A stretch of DNA of 63,398 nt, the filler included, from Tortispora ganteri (taxonomy: Eukaryota), in NCBI GenBank assembly GCA_003707115.1. It is 11 parts of 11 records of this genome, joined end to end, with 100 filler letters (N's around TTAATTAATTAA, not from the genome) between each part and the next. Parts side by side here need not be neighbours in the genome. Positions count along the whole stretch, not along the records: positions 36,599 to 42,162 come from PPNB01000064.1; positions 42,263 to 47,593 come from PPNB01000065.1; 9 more parts are not named here. One strand, given 5' to 3'. Position 1 is the stretch's first letter. Each line of letters starts with the position of its first letter. A model generated the notes under the pieces. It was not told where the DNA came from. It ran no database searches and was given only the letters and a program-made list of their open reading frames with translations. A program made the position numbers and the translations under genes. Of the stretch, positions 36,746 through 47,061 are shown piece after piece.

Positions 36746-37690
36746 ATGTCTCCTTCTACTCTCCCTCGTGGAATTTACCCACCAGTTGTCTCTTTTTTCA
36801 AAGATGATAAAGACGAGTCCCTCGATACTGAAACACTCAAGAAACATGTTGTTCGCATGGTTCGTGCCGGCTGCGCCGGTGTAGTTGTTCAAGGTTCCAA
36901 CGGTGAGGCTGTTCATCTTACTCGCGATGAGCGCAAAGCTAATGTCAAGGCTGCACGCGAAGCGTTTGATGAAGCTGGTTTTAAGAACGCTGTCCTAATC
37001 GCTGGATGCGGTGTCCAGTCCGTTCACGAAACCGTCATCTTTTGCAAAGACGCTGCTGAAGCTGGCGCTGAGTACGCGATGGTTTTACCTGCGCACTATT
37101 ACAGAGCTTGGGTACCTCTTCCCGATATCATGCAATATTTCCGTGATGTTGCTGATGAAAGTCCTATCCCTATTATCATCTACAACTTCCCTGCACCTGT
37201 TGGAGGAATCGATCTTGATTCAGACACTTTGACCGAGCTAGCTCAGCACCCCAACATTGTCGGTACCAAACTAACTTGTGGAAATGTCGGAAAAGCCAGC
37301 AGACTTGCACAGATTCCTGGATTCTCTGTAATCGGTGGCGGTGCTGATCTTCAGACTCCTTTCCTGTTCGTTGGTGCTATTGGAACTATCCCCGGTATTG
37401 CCAATATTCTTCCTTCGCTTTGTGTACAGGCTTTTAAGGCTTTTGAAAATGGCGACTATAAGCGCTGTATGGAACTACAAGCTACTTTGGCCGAATCCGA
37501 TTGGTGCGTTATCAAGACTCTGGTTGCCGGAACTAAGTATGCTCTTTCGAAATACTATGGCTATGGTGGTTACGCTCGACGCCCTATTGCTCGTCCTGAC
37601 GATAAAATTAAGCAAATTTTCGGCGAAAACTTTGACAAGTTCATCGCCCTCGAAGAACAGGCTTTCAAGGAAACTGAGGTTAAGCCTTAA
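36746..37690 (+). CDS. DHDPS/NAL-family aldolase (fungal L-threo-3-deoxy-hexulosonate aldolase/HOGA-like), MATalpha-linked allele
   Basis: GSNGEAVHL, IIIYNFP, HPNIVGTKLT (Schiff-base Lys); ATG at 36746. Confidence 0.88.
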   Translation: MSPSTLPRGIYPPVVSFFKDDKDESLDTETLKKHVVRMVRAGCAGVVVQGSNGEAVHLTRDERKANVKAAREAFDEAGFKNAVLIAGCGVQSVHETVIFCKDAAEAGAEYAMVLPAHYYRAWVPLPDIMQYFRDVADESPIPIIIYNFPAPVGGIDLDSDTLTELAQHPNIVGTKLTCGNVGKASRLAQIPGFSVIGGGADLQTPFLFVGAIGTIPGIANILPSLCVQAFKAFENGDYKRCMELQATLAESDWCVIKTLVAGTKYALSKYYGYGGYARRPIARPDDKIKQIFGENFDKFIALEEQAFKETEVKP

Positions 37691-37915
37691 TCTCTAGTTT
37701 GAACTTCAAGAAAAAACAGCCCTTCTTTGTATGCTGATGGGCGTGGATTATCACTGTGATATTCGATTTCCGGCATGCGTTATTTACCAGTTCATATTTC
37801 AAAATGCATATATAGCACATTGATTTATTTTATCGTAGTTATAGTTCAATATATTCAATATACAAAGGATAATTCCAACAACAATACAGCAACATGGATC
37901 AGAGTGCAATACTTC

Positions 37916-38896
37916 TTAAATGGCATCGCTCATCTTGTCACGGTCAACCTGTCCTAATAAGTCTTGAAGCTCGCGAGAAATAGGGGGTCTGCGGAAGTTA
38001 CGTTTTCTAGCATTACCCATCCAGTTATTGACCTGCACTACAGAGCAACCGGCCAACTTTGCCAATCTCTGCTTTACCTCCATAGAGGGGTACGGTCGAT
38101 CAATATTCTGTTCAAACCATTCACTGAGCACGTCAACAGCCTTGCTTTTAAGAAGCCGATTAGGGCGATCTTCATCTTCACAAGATTGAGAACACTGATA
38201 CTCATCAATCTGATCCTCATCCTGATCGCAAGAACGCGTCTTAATATCAGTCGGAGAGGCAGATTGATGATTATTTAATTTCTCTTTGTAATTTTCCTCA
38301 ATGCAATGAATCTTTGATAAAACATCGCAAAGCCTATTAATACAGTCGAATTTAGAACGAATGACCGGATACAAGTACCTGGCGCGACAGGCGAAACTAT
38401 CGTCCGATAATAAGTTGGACAGTTCCTCCATTAGCGTAAGGGCACGCGTTCTAACCTCCAAAGGAGAAATGTCAGCGTCAAGTGCTAGCGAAAATTTCAA
38501 AAAACTCAGTCTGTGAAATACCGATAACAATTGAGGATACCAGTTGATCTCAAGCGACCTATGCCAGTCTAAATATGTTGCCGGTAAATAATCAACATCT
38601 GCAAGAAATGAATGCAAAGCATAGTTATCACTCTCCATAGACCACGAACCCGTAGAAACTTCAGATGTAATATAATTCGCGCCGTATGATGAGCAGGTCA
38701 AGTCTGAAAGAGTTCGAAACTCTTCGTCACTAAAATACTCAAAATGAGATTCGTTAAGTATTTCTGAAGTTCCAAAACAAGGCTGGCTATCGCAAGATGT
38801 GCTCCTAGACCCCTCGGACTCCTTTAGAAAGTTCGATGAATGGGAAGGCGTATTTCCTGGAAAAGATTGATAGCTATTAAACGATCCGGAAATCAT
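37916..38896 (-). CDS. MATalpha2: Mating-type protein alpha2 (TALE homeodomain)
   Basis: LSEWFEQNIDRPYP..QVNNWMGNARKR plus C-tail ISRELQDLL resembling the a1-binding tail IAPELADLL; divergent from alpha1. Confidence 0.9.
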   Translation of the reverse strand: MISGSFNSYQSFPGNTPSHSSNFLKESEGSRSTSCDSQPCFGTSEILNESHFEYFSDEEFRTLSDLTCSSYGANYITSEVSTGSWSMESDNYALHSFLADVDYLPATYLDWHRSLEINWYPQLLSVFHRLSFLKFSLALDADISPLEVRTRALTLMEELSNLLSDDSFACRARYLYPVIRSKFDCINRLCDVLSKIHCIEENYKEKLNNHQSASPTDIKTRSCDQDEDQIDEYQCSQSCEDEDRPNRLLKSKAVDVLSEWFEQNIDRPYPSMEVKQRLAKLAGCSVVQVNNWMGNARKRNFRRPPISRELQDLLGQVDRDKMSDAI

Positions 38897-39921
38897 TCGC
38901 AACTATAATAATAATGAGCGATGTGCGGTGAAGTTTTGAATAGAAATCTGTCTAAGGAGGTGTACATTCCAAGTTGAATCTGAGGCTATATAATCGTACA
39001 CAGCAAAAAGGTGTCATTGTTCCTTGTAAGAGGTGTCATTGTTCTCAGAAGGTTATTATTCTGTTCAAAGGAAAATCTCCGATAACAAGTCAAAAAACGA
39101 CAAAAACACGTCAGACTCTACTTTACACTTCGAAGAATATCTTAGTCTGTAACATGTGAGGCCATATGTCACCAAAAGATCAAAGGAGACACTTTCTACG
39201 GAATGGCAATGATACGCGACAAGGCTCGGCAAAGAGGATCGCGTCTTCAAATATGTTATGAATGTTTCGCAGAGCTGATTTCTAAACTTAGAAAGGCGGA
39301 AGTCCCGCCATTGGCCAATACAATTAGGATAAGCTTAATCGGATGTGGGAGATAAGTAGTTCAAAGATAATGTAGATCGCGCTCTTATAATGAACCTACG
39401 CCAAAACAATAGCCGTTAATCCTTCTCTTGATTGCTTTCCCATCCTTACTTTCTAAGATAATTCCAGATAAGGCGAAAAACTAATAGAAAATAATTTCTT
39501 ATGTAGAACATGCGCATGTATATAGAATGCAAAGCCATAATTAAATTAACGTTGAGAACTTAGTCTCAAAGGATTCAAAACAGTTTAGGCTATTGCTGAT
39601 TATTATTGGTCGATTTGACGCCGATTAAGCTTGTTTCACAGATTTGTACTTCCTTTTCTGTCAAAGAAACCATGCAGATCGTGTCATGTTCATTATCATT
39701 TAATGTCTTTCTACATTTCGAATGCTACCCTAGTTCTAGACAGGAGAATAAACGGCCAAGGATTTCCAGTGTACATAGATATATTTATATCTAGTACAGA
39801 TCTTCACTTTTAGAACTAGATACTCAAACGGCACTAATATCTAGTTAGGCCAAGCTTGGTACATCGCTATTCAGCTTCTTTGACTTAACTCCAGACAACG
39901 CATTGTTGTTTGCCAAATAAC

Positions 39922-40389
39922 ATGGTACAAAAGCGCCGACCACAGAAACGAAAAGCAGCATACAAATATGCTTCTTTTCGAGCAACAGGTATTACAAAGC
40001 CAAATCGTTCTGCCAACTCCGGTCCAGAGATATACGAAAGTGTATTGAGTATCATCAATGGTGACCTGCAAATTATTAACACTAATGCAAATAGCAGCAC
40101 TTCTGTTCGATCGAAAGTAAAGACTTTCAGCGGTTTTATGGCATTCCGAATCTTCTATTCGTCTTATTATACACTCCAACAGAAAGAAATATCACACGTG
40201 CTTTCCAGAATATGGAAAACTTATGACGATAAAAGTTTTTGGGAAAGGTTAGCAGCTTCATATTCAGAATCTAAGTCAGAATTGCCATTCAAAGTATGGG
40301 TTGCGCAGACAAAGCAAAGCCCCCCTGCACACAAAGACCTTACAGACTCTTCACAACTAAAAATCCCAGTGAAGAATAAAGCTGAGTAG
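39922..40389 (+). CDS. MATalpha1: Mating-type protein alpha1 (alpha-box)
   Basis: KTFSGFMAFRIFYS..QQKEIS..LS.IW..W..LA..Y; next to APN2. Confidence 0.92.
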   Translation: MVQKRRPQKRKAAYKYASFRATGITKPNRSANSGPEIYESVLSIINGDLQIINTNANSSTSVRSKVKTFSGFMAFRIFYSSYYTLQQKEISHVLSRIWKTYDDKSFWERLAASYSESKSELPFKVWVAQTKQSPPAHKDLTDSSQLKIPVKNKAE

Positions 40390-40406
40390 TATAGTTATCA
40401 TTCTCT

Positions 40407-41855
40407 TTAACACCACTTGAAGAAGTTGCATCTATATTCGGAGACAATTTTTGAAGTATAACCTTCACCGACTGGTCTTGAACATATCCAAAAATATTTA
40501 CCTTTATTGGGTCCCTTTTTGCATTGCATTCTTGTGCAAGGATCATTATGAATTCTGCACAATGGAGGTTTCGGCGGAGTAAACATTCTTGACCATGTGC
40601 TGTTATTTGATTTTAGTGCAGTTCTAATCATTTCCTTTTCTTCGATCGATAGAGAAGATGATTCCAGCTCATCATTTTGATTATCACTGTTTGCTTTATT
40701 GGAAGTTTGCAATTTTGTTTTGTCAGTTTCGATTGACTGGCTAGATGTATGTTTGGCGGTTTCGATTGAATGGCCAGATGCATGCTTGACGGTTTTGGTG
40801 GGTTTATTTTCCGTACTTGGTTGTTCAGAAGCTGGTCTCTTTCTTGGTTTAAGGAATGAAGTGAGACGGTTTGAGGCGGAGAATGCCGGTAGGTTCGCTG
40901 TAGATAGTTTTAATGGATTGTCAGGTTTAGGCGGCAATTGTAGATTTTCAATACGGTCAAGATCAAAATCTGCATATATAGGACAATGATCAGATCCATT
41001 AAGGTCTGGCCTTATATCGGCGTTTGTAAATGCATGAAGGAGATCGTCTGAGCAGAATATATAATCGATTCTACTTCCGTAGTTTGAGGGCCTCGCGTTA
41101 ATAAGGGTATTCCAACATGTAAACATACCTTTTCTTTGAGGGTGAAAATGACGACAGAGGTCATGTAAAACACCTGTTTTTTGTGGATATAGCAGCTGAT
41201 CTAGTAACGATCTTGCAAATGTCTCTTTAAAGCTAGATATACCGTTCTGTTTCATATTAAGAACTGGATCGGCTGTATCTATCTCATCTCTAATAATATT
41301 TATATCTCCAAGGACCACGACTGATTTGCCCTGATTAATCAGATTACGGACTCGAGAATCAAGCGTTTCAAAGAAAGACTTTCTGAATTCTGATTTATTG
41401 CCCATAGAGTCTGCCGGACAATAAAGACCTATTAACACAAAGTATCCAATATCTATGACTAATGCACGGCCTTCAGAATCAATCTCGCGTGCAGTAAATG
41501 GATCGATATCCGGATAACCGCCTATAGAATCAGGTTGATCTCTGTAAGGGACCGTACCACCTAAGTAGCCTGTTAGGCCCTCTTCTGCTTTAATTGCGTA
41601 TAATTTCGATAAAGAACGAATGTATATTGAGACACCAGAATATCCACGTTTTGCTGCAAAAGTGTAGAAACAATCAAACCCTTTGATTCTAGCAGTACTA
41701 ACGGTCAAATCTTTTTGTTGGATTTTAGTCTCTTGGAAGCATATTATATCTGCACCAAGCACATCAAACATATGTTCGAATGATCTCTGTTGTCTCCAGG
41801 GATCAAATGATAGTACTGATCTAATTCCACAGATATTGAATGAGACAATACGCAT
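40407..41855 (-). CDS. APN2: ExoIII-family AP endonuclease with C-terminal GRF zinc finger, MATalpha-linked allele
   Basis: MRIVSFNICG, ICFQETK, GDIN, GSRIDYI, GSDHCP, C..H..KKGPNKGK.FW.C..C.FFKW. Confidence 0.96.
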   Translation of the reverse strand: MRIVSFNICGIRSVLSFDPWRQQRSFEHMFDVLGADIICFQETKIQQKDLTVSTARIKGFDCFYTFAAKRGYSGVSIYIRSLSKLYAIKAEEGLTGYLGGTVPYRDQPDSIGGYPDIDPFTAREIDSEGRALVIDIGYFVLIGLYCPADSMGNKSEFRKSFFETLDSRVRNLINQGKSVVVLGDINIIRDEIDTADPVLNMKQNGISSFKETFARSLLDQLLYPQKTGVLHDLCRHFHPQRKGMFTCWNTLINARPSNYGSRIDYIFCSDDLLHAFTNADIRPDLNGSDHCPIYADFDLDRIENLQLPPKPDNPLKLSTANLPAFSASNRLTSFLKPRKRPASEQPSTENKPTKTVKHASGHSIETAKHTSSQSIETDKTKLQTSNKANSDNQNDELESSSLSIEEKEMIRTALKSNNSTWSRMFTPPKPPLCRIHNDPCTRMQCKKGPNKGKYFWICSRPVGEGYTSKIVSEYRCNFFKWC

Positions 41856-42162
41856 GAGTGGCGAAGTTGATGGTCGGTGTGAGAAAATGACTACTTGAAA
41901 TAGGCTGTCAATCTAGAATTTATGACCTACAATTTGCAATCTAATCTACAATTCACAATCTAGTCTACAATTTACAATCATAACATACAATCATAATATA
42001 CATATCGTAACTGCTATTACATCCATTGATTCTTATCCCATTGTGGGTCTTGGATGAATGCACAAAGCACTTTAGACCCCGTTTGAAGTAAAGGGTGTCC
42101 AGCCACACTATCAATTAGTAGATGTCTATCACAACAAAATATCAAATACTTACGTTTGCAAA

Positions 42163-42262
42163 NNNNNNNNNNNNNNNNNNNNNNNNNNNNNNNNNNNNNN
42201 NNNNNNTTAATTAATTAANNNNNNNNNNNNNNNNNNNNNNNNNNNNNNNNNNNNNNNNNNNN
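42163..42262. other. Artificial contig linker
   Basis: N44-TTAATTAATTAA-N44. Confidence 0.99.
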
Positions 42263-43990
42263 GATGTGCTGAGGACTGTATACACGAGTAATGACCGAAA
42301 GGGACATAGCCACGACTGTTTTACATGAAGCACAACCGGAACGGGAATGCGGTCCAGGACTGTATAGCAACAACCATAGCCATTACACGCCTCAAACAAC
42401 TTCTTCATTCTGCACGTACTAAGGGTTCAGTGTAGCGGCATTACACGAACTGGCCTTGCCTATGCTTAAAGAGATAGGAAGGACCAACGGTCCTTCTGCA
42501 CCCGTTTTCAGAGCGCAGTGCTGCTTCTTCTGCACCCGCTCTCAAGCGCAGAGGTGGAACTTATGAAGGAGAAAAGATGACTAGATCTGGCGAGAACTGC
42601 AGGGTATTGAGGACCCTGTCTGCTTGTCGCATCACGATCGACACCCAAAAGCTCGGGTCTAGCACACCCAAATTGGAAGAAAAACACCATATTATACCGG
42701 CTAGTACACTCTGTCTAGCGCATCATGCACGCGAGTGCAGCGTGCGCTTATCTGATATATCCGCCTAAAACAGCGGGCGGTCTGGAGGGCTATTGAGTTG
42801 TTGTCTCCAGATGCTGCTAATGCAAAGCACGACACGGGTCCCAGGACTCGTCGAGGTGCGGTTCGCATTAAAAATTAACTAGCAGCACCTCCCAGAGCAG
42901 GCTGAGTATGATGTGTGTCGTTTTTGGGCGGTTTTGTCGTTGCAGCCGCCCGGGATCTGCGTATTGCCTTCGGGCATGACCGGCGCTTAATACGATCGAC
43001 CCAAGCGTCTTGACAAAGGCGCTGCCGTCTTTACTCCTGACTTTGCGAATCCTAGTGGATGTTATTTCCACGGTCCATTTGGACGGGAATTCTGTGAGTT
43101 GCCTGGTTTTCTTGCTCTGGTCTGATGCCATATTGTTATTACGCTAAGCGTAATAACAAGTTCTACTGATTAGCGGAATTAGAAGATTTTAGAAATCGCT
43201 AATTCAAGCTACAGTATGAATGGCCGTTGGTTAAGCCTAGGAGGATGAAGCGCATGTCCTCCTCTAAAAGGTACAGAGCCCAGTAGTGAAATTAGCACGA
43301 GTCGAGCATGATGAGGGTTTCATGTTATAGTAGTTTTAGATACAGATGTATCAAGTGGGCAAAGAGAGACTCATAGCGCGCTGACCTACTGTTGATTGGC
43401 TAACAACCGCGGATGCACCGTTCTGGTAGAGTATGCCAAAGTGAAAACTACCAGAACATTTGGATCTTAGTATACGATATTTTTTTGGCAAGTTTTTGGC
43501 AGGTCATACACTCTCCCACTTCCCATGCAGTTATGACTGGATTGTAGAGTTACCATTGTGCCACTGGAACGCCTTATACTTGTGGGTGGCATTACATTAT
43601 CCTTAATGTTTCCCACAAAGTGAGGTCATGTCGTCGTGGTACCTGGCAACATTGTAAGCTTGGGCGTAAGCATTCATGCTTGCTGTTGCTTACATGCCCG
43701 TGATAGCAAATACACTCGTCATGGGCATTCCATTCACCCATAATGCCCAGACTTTTTCGTAGGGTGACCCTCACACGACACGTAGAGCTGAGACTGACCT
43801 CTTGACGGTTGTGAACTTGTCCAAAGGCACCCAATAACCCACCCATACTTTGGATCATCGTAGACTTGTTAGTTACCCCCAGTTTCCCCTTTTGTGACTG
43901 ACGCCGTCATGTTAGCATTTCTCAGTCGTAGAAGTGTGACTGGTTACGTTCTTGAGTGACCTTGCTTGATGTCTTGATGTGCTAAATTGG
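42263..43990 (+). ncRNA. Candidate long structured non-coding RNA (allele 2)
   Basis: More than 12 hairpins including C(UUCG)G at 42965-42976 and C(GCGA)G at 42726-42739. Confidence 0.35.
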
Positions 43991-44097
43991 CAATTCCAAT
44001 TTTAGTATATACATGGCTTCAAGACCTTCATTATTCGCTTTGTAGCCCCGCGCGATGATGAAGGGTTTCTGGGGTTGCGCCGGAATGAACAAAAAAG

Positions 44098-44893
44098 TTC
44101 TCGCGCCCACAGGAGGGGGAACCCCGTCACTTTTTTTCCGTGACGACTCGCCTTGGGGCCGTGTTGTATCAGGATCGAAGAACTGTATCTGATGCAATTA
44201 GGGCTGCAAGACTTCACTGTGCACCAGGTAGCCCTGATGACCTTGAAGGAGTTCTTGAGGTAGTGCTAGAATGGCCAAAAAAATCATTCTCGCGCCCACA
44301 GGAGGGGGAACCCCGTCACTTTTTTTCCGTGACGACTCGCCTTGGGGCCGTGTTGTATCAGGATCGAAGAACTGTATCTGATGCAATTAGGGTTGCAAGA
44401 CTTCACTGTGCACCAGGTAGCCCTGATGACCTTGAATGAGTTCTTGAGGTAGTGCCAGAATGGCCAAAAAAATCATTCTCGCGCCCACAGGAGGGGGAAC
44501 CCCGTCACTTTTTTTCCGTGACGACTCGCCTTGGGGCCGTGTTGTATCAGGATCGAAGAACTGAATCTGATGCAATTAAGGCTGCAAGACTTCACTGTGC
44601 ACCAGGTAGCCCTGATGACCTTGAAGGAGTTCTTGAGGTAGTGCTAGAATGGCCAAAAAAATCATTCTCGCGCCCACAGGAGGGGGAACCCCGTCACTTT
44701 TTTTCCGTGACGACTCGCCTTGGGGCCGTGTTGTATCAGGATCGAAGAACTGAATCTGATGCAATTAAGGCTGCAAGACTTCACTGTGCACCAGGTAGCC
44801 CTGATGACCTTGAATGAGTTCTTGAGGTAGTGCCAGAATGGCCAAAAAATCATTCTCGCGCCCGCAGGAGGGGGAACCCCGTCACTTTTTTTC
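44098..44893. repeat. 189-bp tandem array, allele 2 (reverse orientation): 4 full units + 41 bp
   Basis: TTCTCGCGCCC at 44098, 44287, 44476, 44665, 44853; ends ...TTTCTATAGTG (44900). Confidence 0.97.
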
Positions 44894-45343
44894 TATAGTG
44901 TATGACATAAACAAGCGGTTTTCTCCATAATTAAAGCACTAGATAGCAAGATATGGCAACCAGTGGAATTCGATTGCTTTTTCGATTCGAATAAATATAT
45001 TAATAGAAGAAAAAGCTGTTTTAAATGCAGAAATGTTAGATCTACACTATTTGACTTGTAGTGTGACTAACTGCGAAACGGAGAAAGGAAAGAGCACATA
45101 ATTGATGGTGATAAGAGTGGCCCACAAAGTATTGGTTATCGCTAATCATATGGAAATTAAAATTCAAAAAATGAGATAATTCTAAGAGTGTTTTAAGGTA
45201 TTAGATGGTGTAATTGCGGGTATCAACATAATTGATGAAGTTGGGGGGCAAATATATTAGTAAAAGGGGTATGTATATACACTTGGGAGTACTACTACAC
45301 CAAGATCTATTATCTGCCTTAGATCCTAACAGCGATAAAGGGT

Positions 45344-46885
45344 ATGCGGATTGTTAAAGCACAAGTGCTTCCAGAGGATGCAGAATCCGTTGTTATTCTT
45401 GTATGTCCGCCTAATAGGCCGCCTAACCTCAAAGAAGCTGTAAAAAGAGGGTTTGTTACAGTATGTTTGCATCGACATCTCTATCTGTTTATGAATGGTG
45501 ATGCATCCCATCCCCCGGAAACGTATAAACTCGACATTCTATCACTTAAGTGGATGGGACCATTACCATATAATGGTCCTAAATTATCATCTACAGCCAA
45601 AGTTCTGGTGAGCGCTGATTGGATGGTCGTGCTATCAGGCCATGAACTTTGGCAGCTGTTAGAGAACGATCAATTCGTTAAGATCGGAGACATCCCTGAA
45701 TCAATTTCAACTCCGTATGATTGGTCGGTAATCAGTTCTAACATGGTATATGTCTGCAAAGGTTCGCAATTGGTGCTTTTCCATCTAAAGCAAAAAACAA
45801 CTGTCACCTACGACATAGCGGACGCTTTATCGGACAACAATCTCGAATGGAGCCACACATCTGCTTGTTCAGGCGAAGGAAACCGTCTATTACTATGCAA
45901 TAACACAACTGAAACTACTGCAGCGTACCACCTGGAGCTGGAGACTGTCAATAATAGGTTCGCTATTCTTCCGATTGAGTCTGCCCGCGGCTCTATCCCG
46001 CCCGCGCTCACCTCACCACTTGGAAAAAGAGTCCAGGACAGCCTGATGTTGTACGGCAGAGACCCTAACGGCAAAATGCGTCTTTATACTTTTCACTTGA
46101 CAAGACATTACTGGTATGAGTGTTTCATTCCAGAATCGCTGCGCGAATCTATTTACCCCGATATGGTGTACAGCCCGTTATTGAACGAGATGTTCATATT
46201 TACTGAAACTTTCCCTAACCAAAAAGTTTTCCCGGAGTCTGAATCTGCGGGAATATTTAACTACTTGCTCTGTATTGATCTCACTGTCATAGGAGCGGTG
46301 AAACCTTTCAGTAATATCAACCAGGAGTTTTCTGCTGCGATTGGCGACCTGCTCATAAACAACCCTGGCGCTGTCGACCTGAATATTCTAACGCTGGATG
46401 GAAAAACAGTACAGGTCAGTTCACGTATTCTTTGTCGCCGGTGGGGAAAGTACTTTCAGGAGTTATATGCGAACGCGGTTAAGGAGGCGGGCCCTGGTGT
46501 TAAACCTGTCGTTTTCATTCCACAATCGATTGAGGTCGTTATGGCGGTTATAGACTACCTTTACAAGCACACTATCGGGTCTGAAAGCACGTCTGTGTCG
46601 ATGTTAGGTCAACTGATGCTGTTTGGCCGGCTGTATGAGCTGCCTGACCTGTATCTGATGGCCTCGCGGCAGCTGCACTACTTGCTAGCTGAAAGCAGTG
46701 AGACATCGTTCATGAGCGTCGCAGATATGCAGGTCGTATTTCAATTTTCTTCGCTATGTGGGAATCGCCGGTTGCAGCGACACGCCACGCGGCTACTGCT
46801 CGAGACCGATGCCCGGGATATCGTCTTCAAACACCTGTCACCTTCAGGTACGGTAGCGGACATCAGTGATAAGACTAGTATATAG
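45344..46885 (+). CDS. Kelch-like/BTB Mds3/Pmd1-like protein (allele 2)
   Basis: One substitution (ILTP vs ISTP) relative to 31620..33161. Confidence 0.65.
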   Translation: MRIVKAQVLPEDAESVVILVCPPNRPPNLKEAVKRGFVTVCLHRHLYLFMNGDASHPPETYKLDILSLKWMGPLPYNGPKLSSTAKVLVSADWMVVLSGHELWQLLENDQFVKIGDIPESISTPYDWSVISSNMVYVCKGSQLVLFHLKQKTTVTYDIADALSDNNLEWSHTSACSGEGNRLLLCNNTTETTAAYHLELETVNNRFAILPIESARGSIPPALTSPLGKRVQDSLMLYGRDPNGKMRLYTFHLTRHYWYECFIPESLRESIYPDMVYSPLLNEMFIFTETFPNQKVFPESESAGIFNYLLCIDLTVIGAVKPFSNINQEFSAAIGDLLINNPGAVDLNILTLDGKTVQVSSRILCRRWGKYFQELYANAVKEAGPGVKPVVFIPQSIEVVMAVIDYLYKHTIGSESTSVSMLGQLMLFGRLYELPDLYLMASRQLHYLLAESSETSFMSVADMQVVFQFSSLCGNRRLQRHATRLLLETDARDIVFKHLSPSGTVADISDKTSI

Positions 46886-47061
46886 CCTTGAACGCTGCAT
46901 TATATTATAATGTTATTTTGGCAACTGTTTTGTACAATTACTAATTGGTTTTCAACATTCGATTACACAGTACGCGCTTCTAGGAACGTAAAAGTGAACC
47001 TTAAAACCTTCACGTAAGTCAACTTCACCACTGCGACGTTGACGCGTCTTGATTCGATACC

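Noticed and set aside
36746..37690. Bacterial horizontal transfer of a dapA-like gene
   Set aside because: Motifs (GSNGEAVHL, GIDLDSD, TKLTCGN) fit the fungal aldolase subfamily; a phylogeny would be needed to claim transfer.
41926..42005. Short degenerate CTACAATT(T/C)(A/G)CAATCTA repeats upstream of APN2 (also near 63163)
   Set aside because: Three or four low-complexity copies with no supportable function.
44233..44265. Hammerhead ribozyme (CTGATGA in each 189-bp unit; CTGAGGA...GAAA at 42269)
   Set aside because: No correctly paired stem II closed by GAAA, and no stem I/III with a UH cleavage site.
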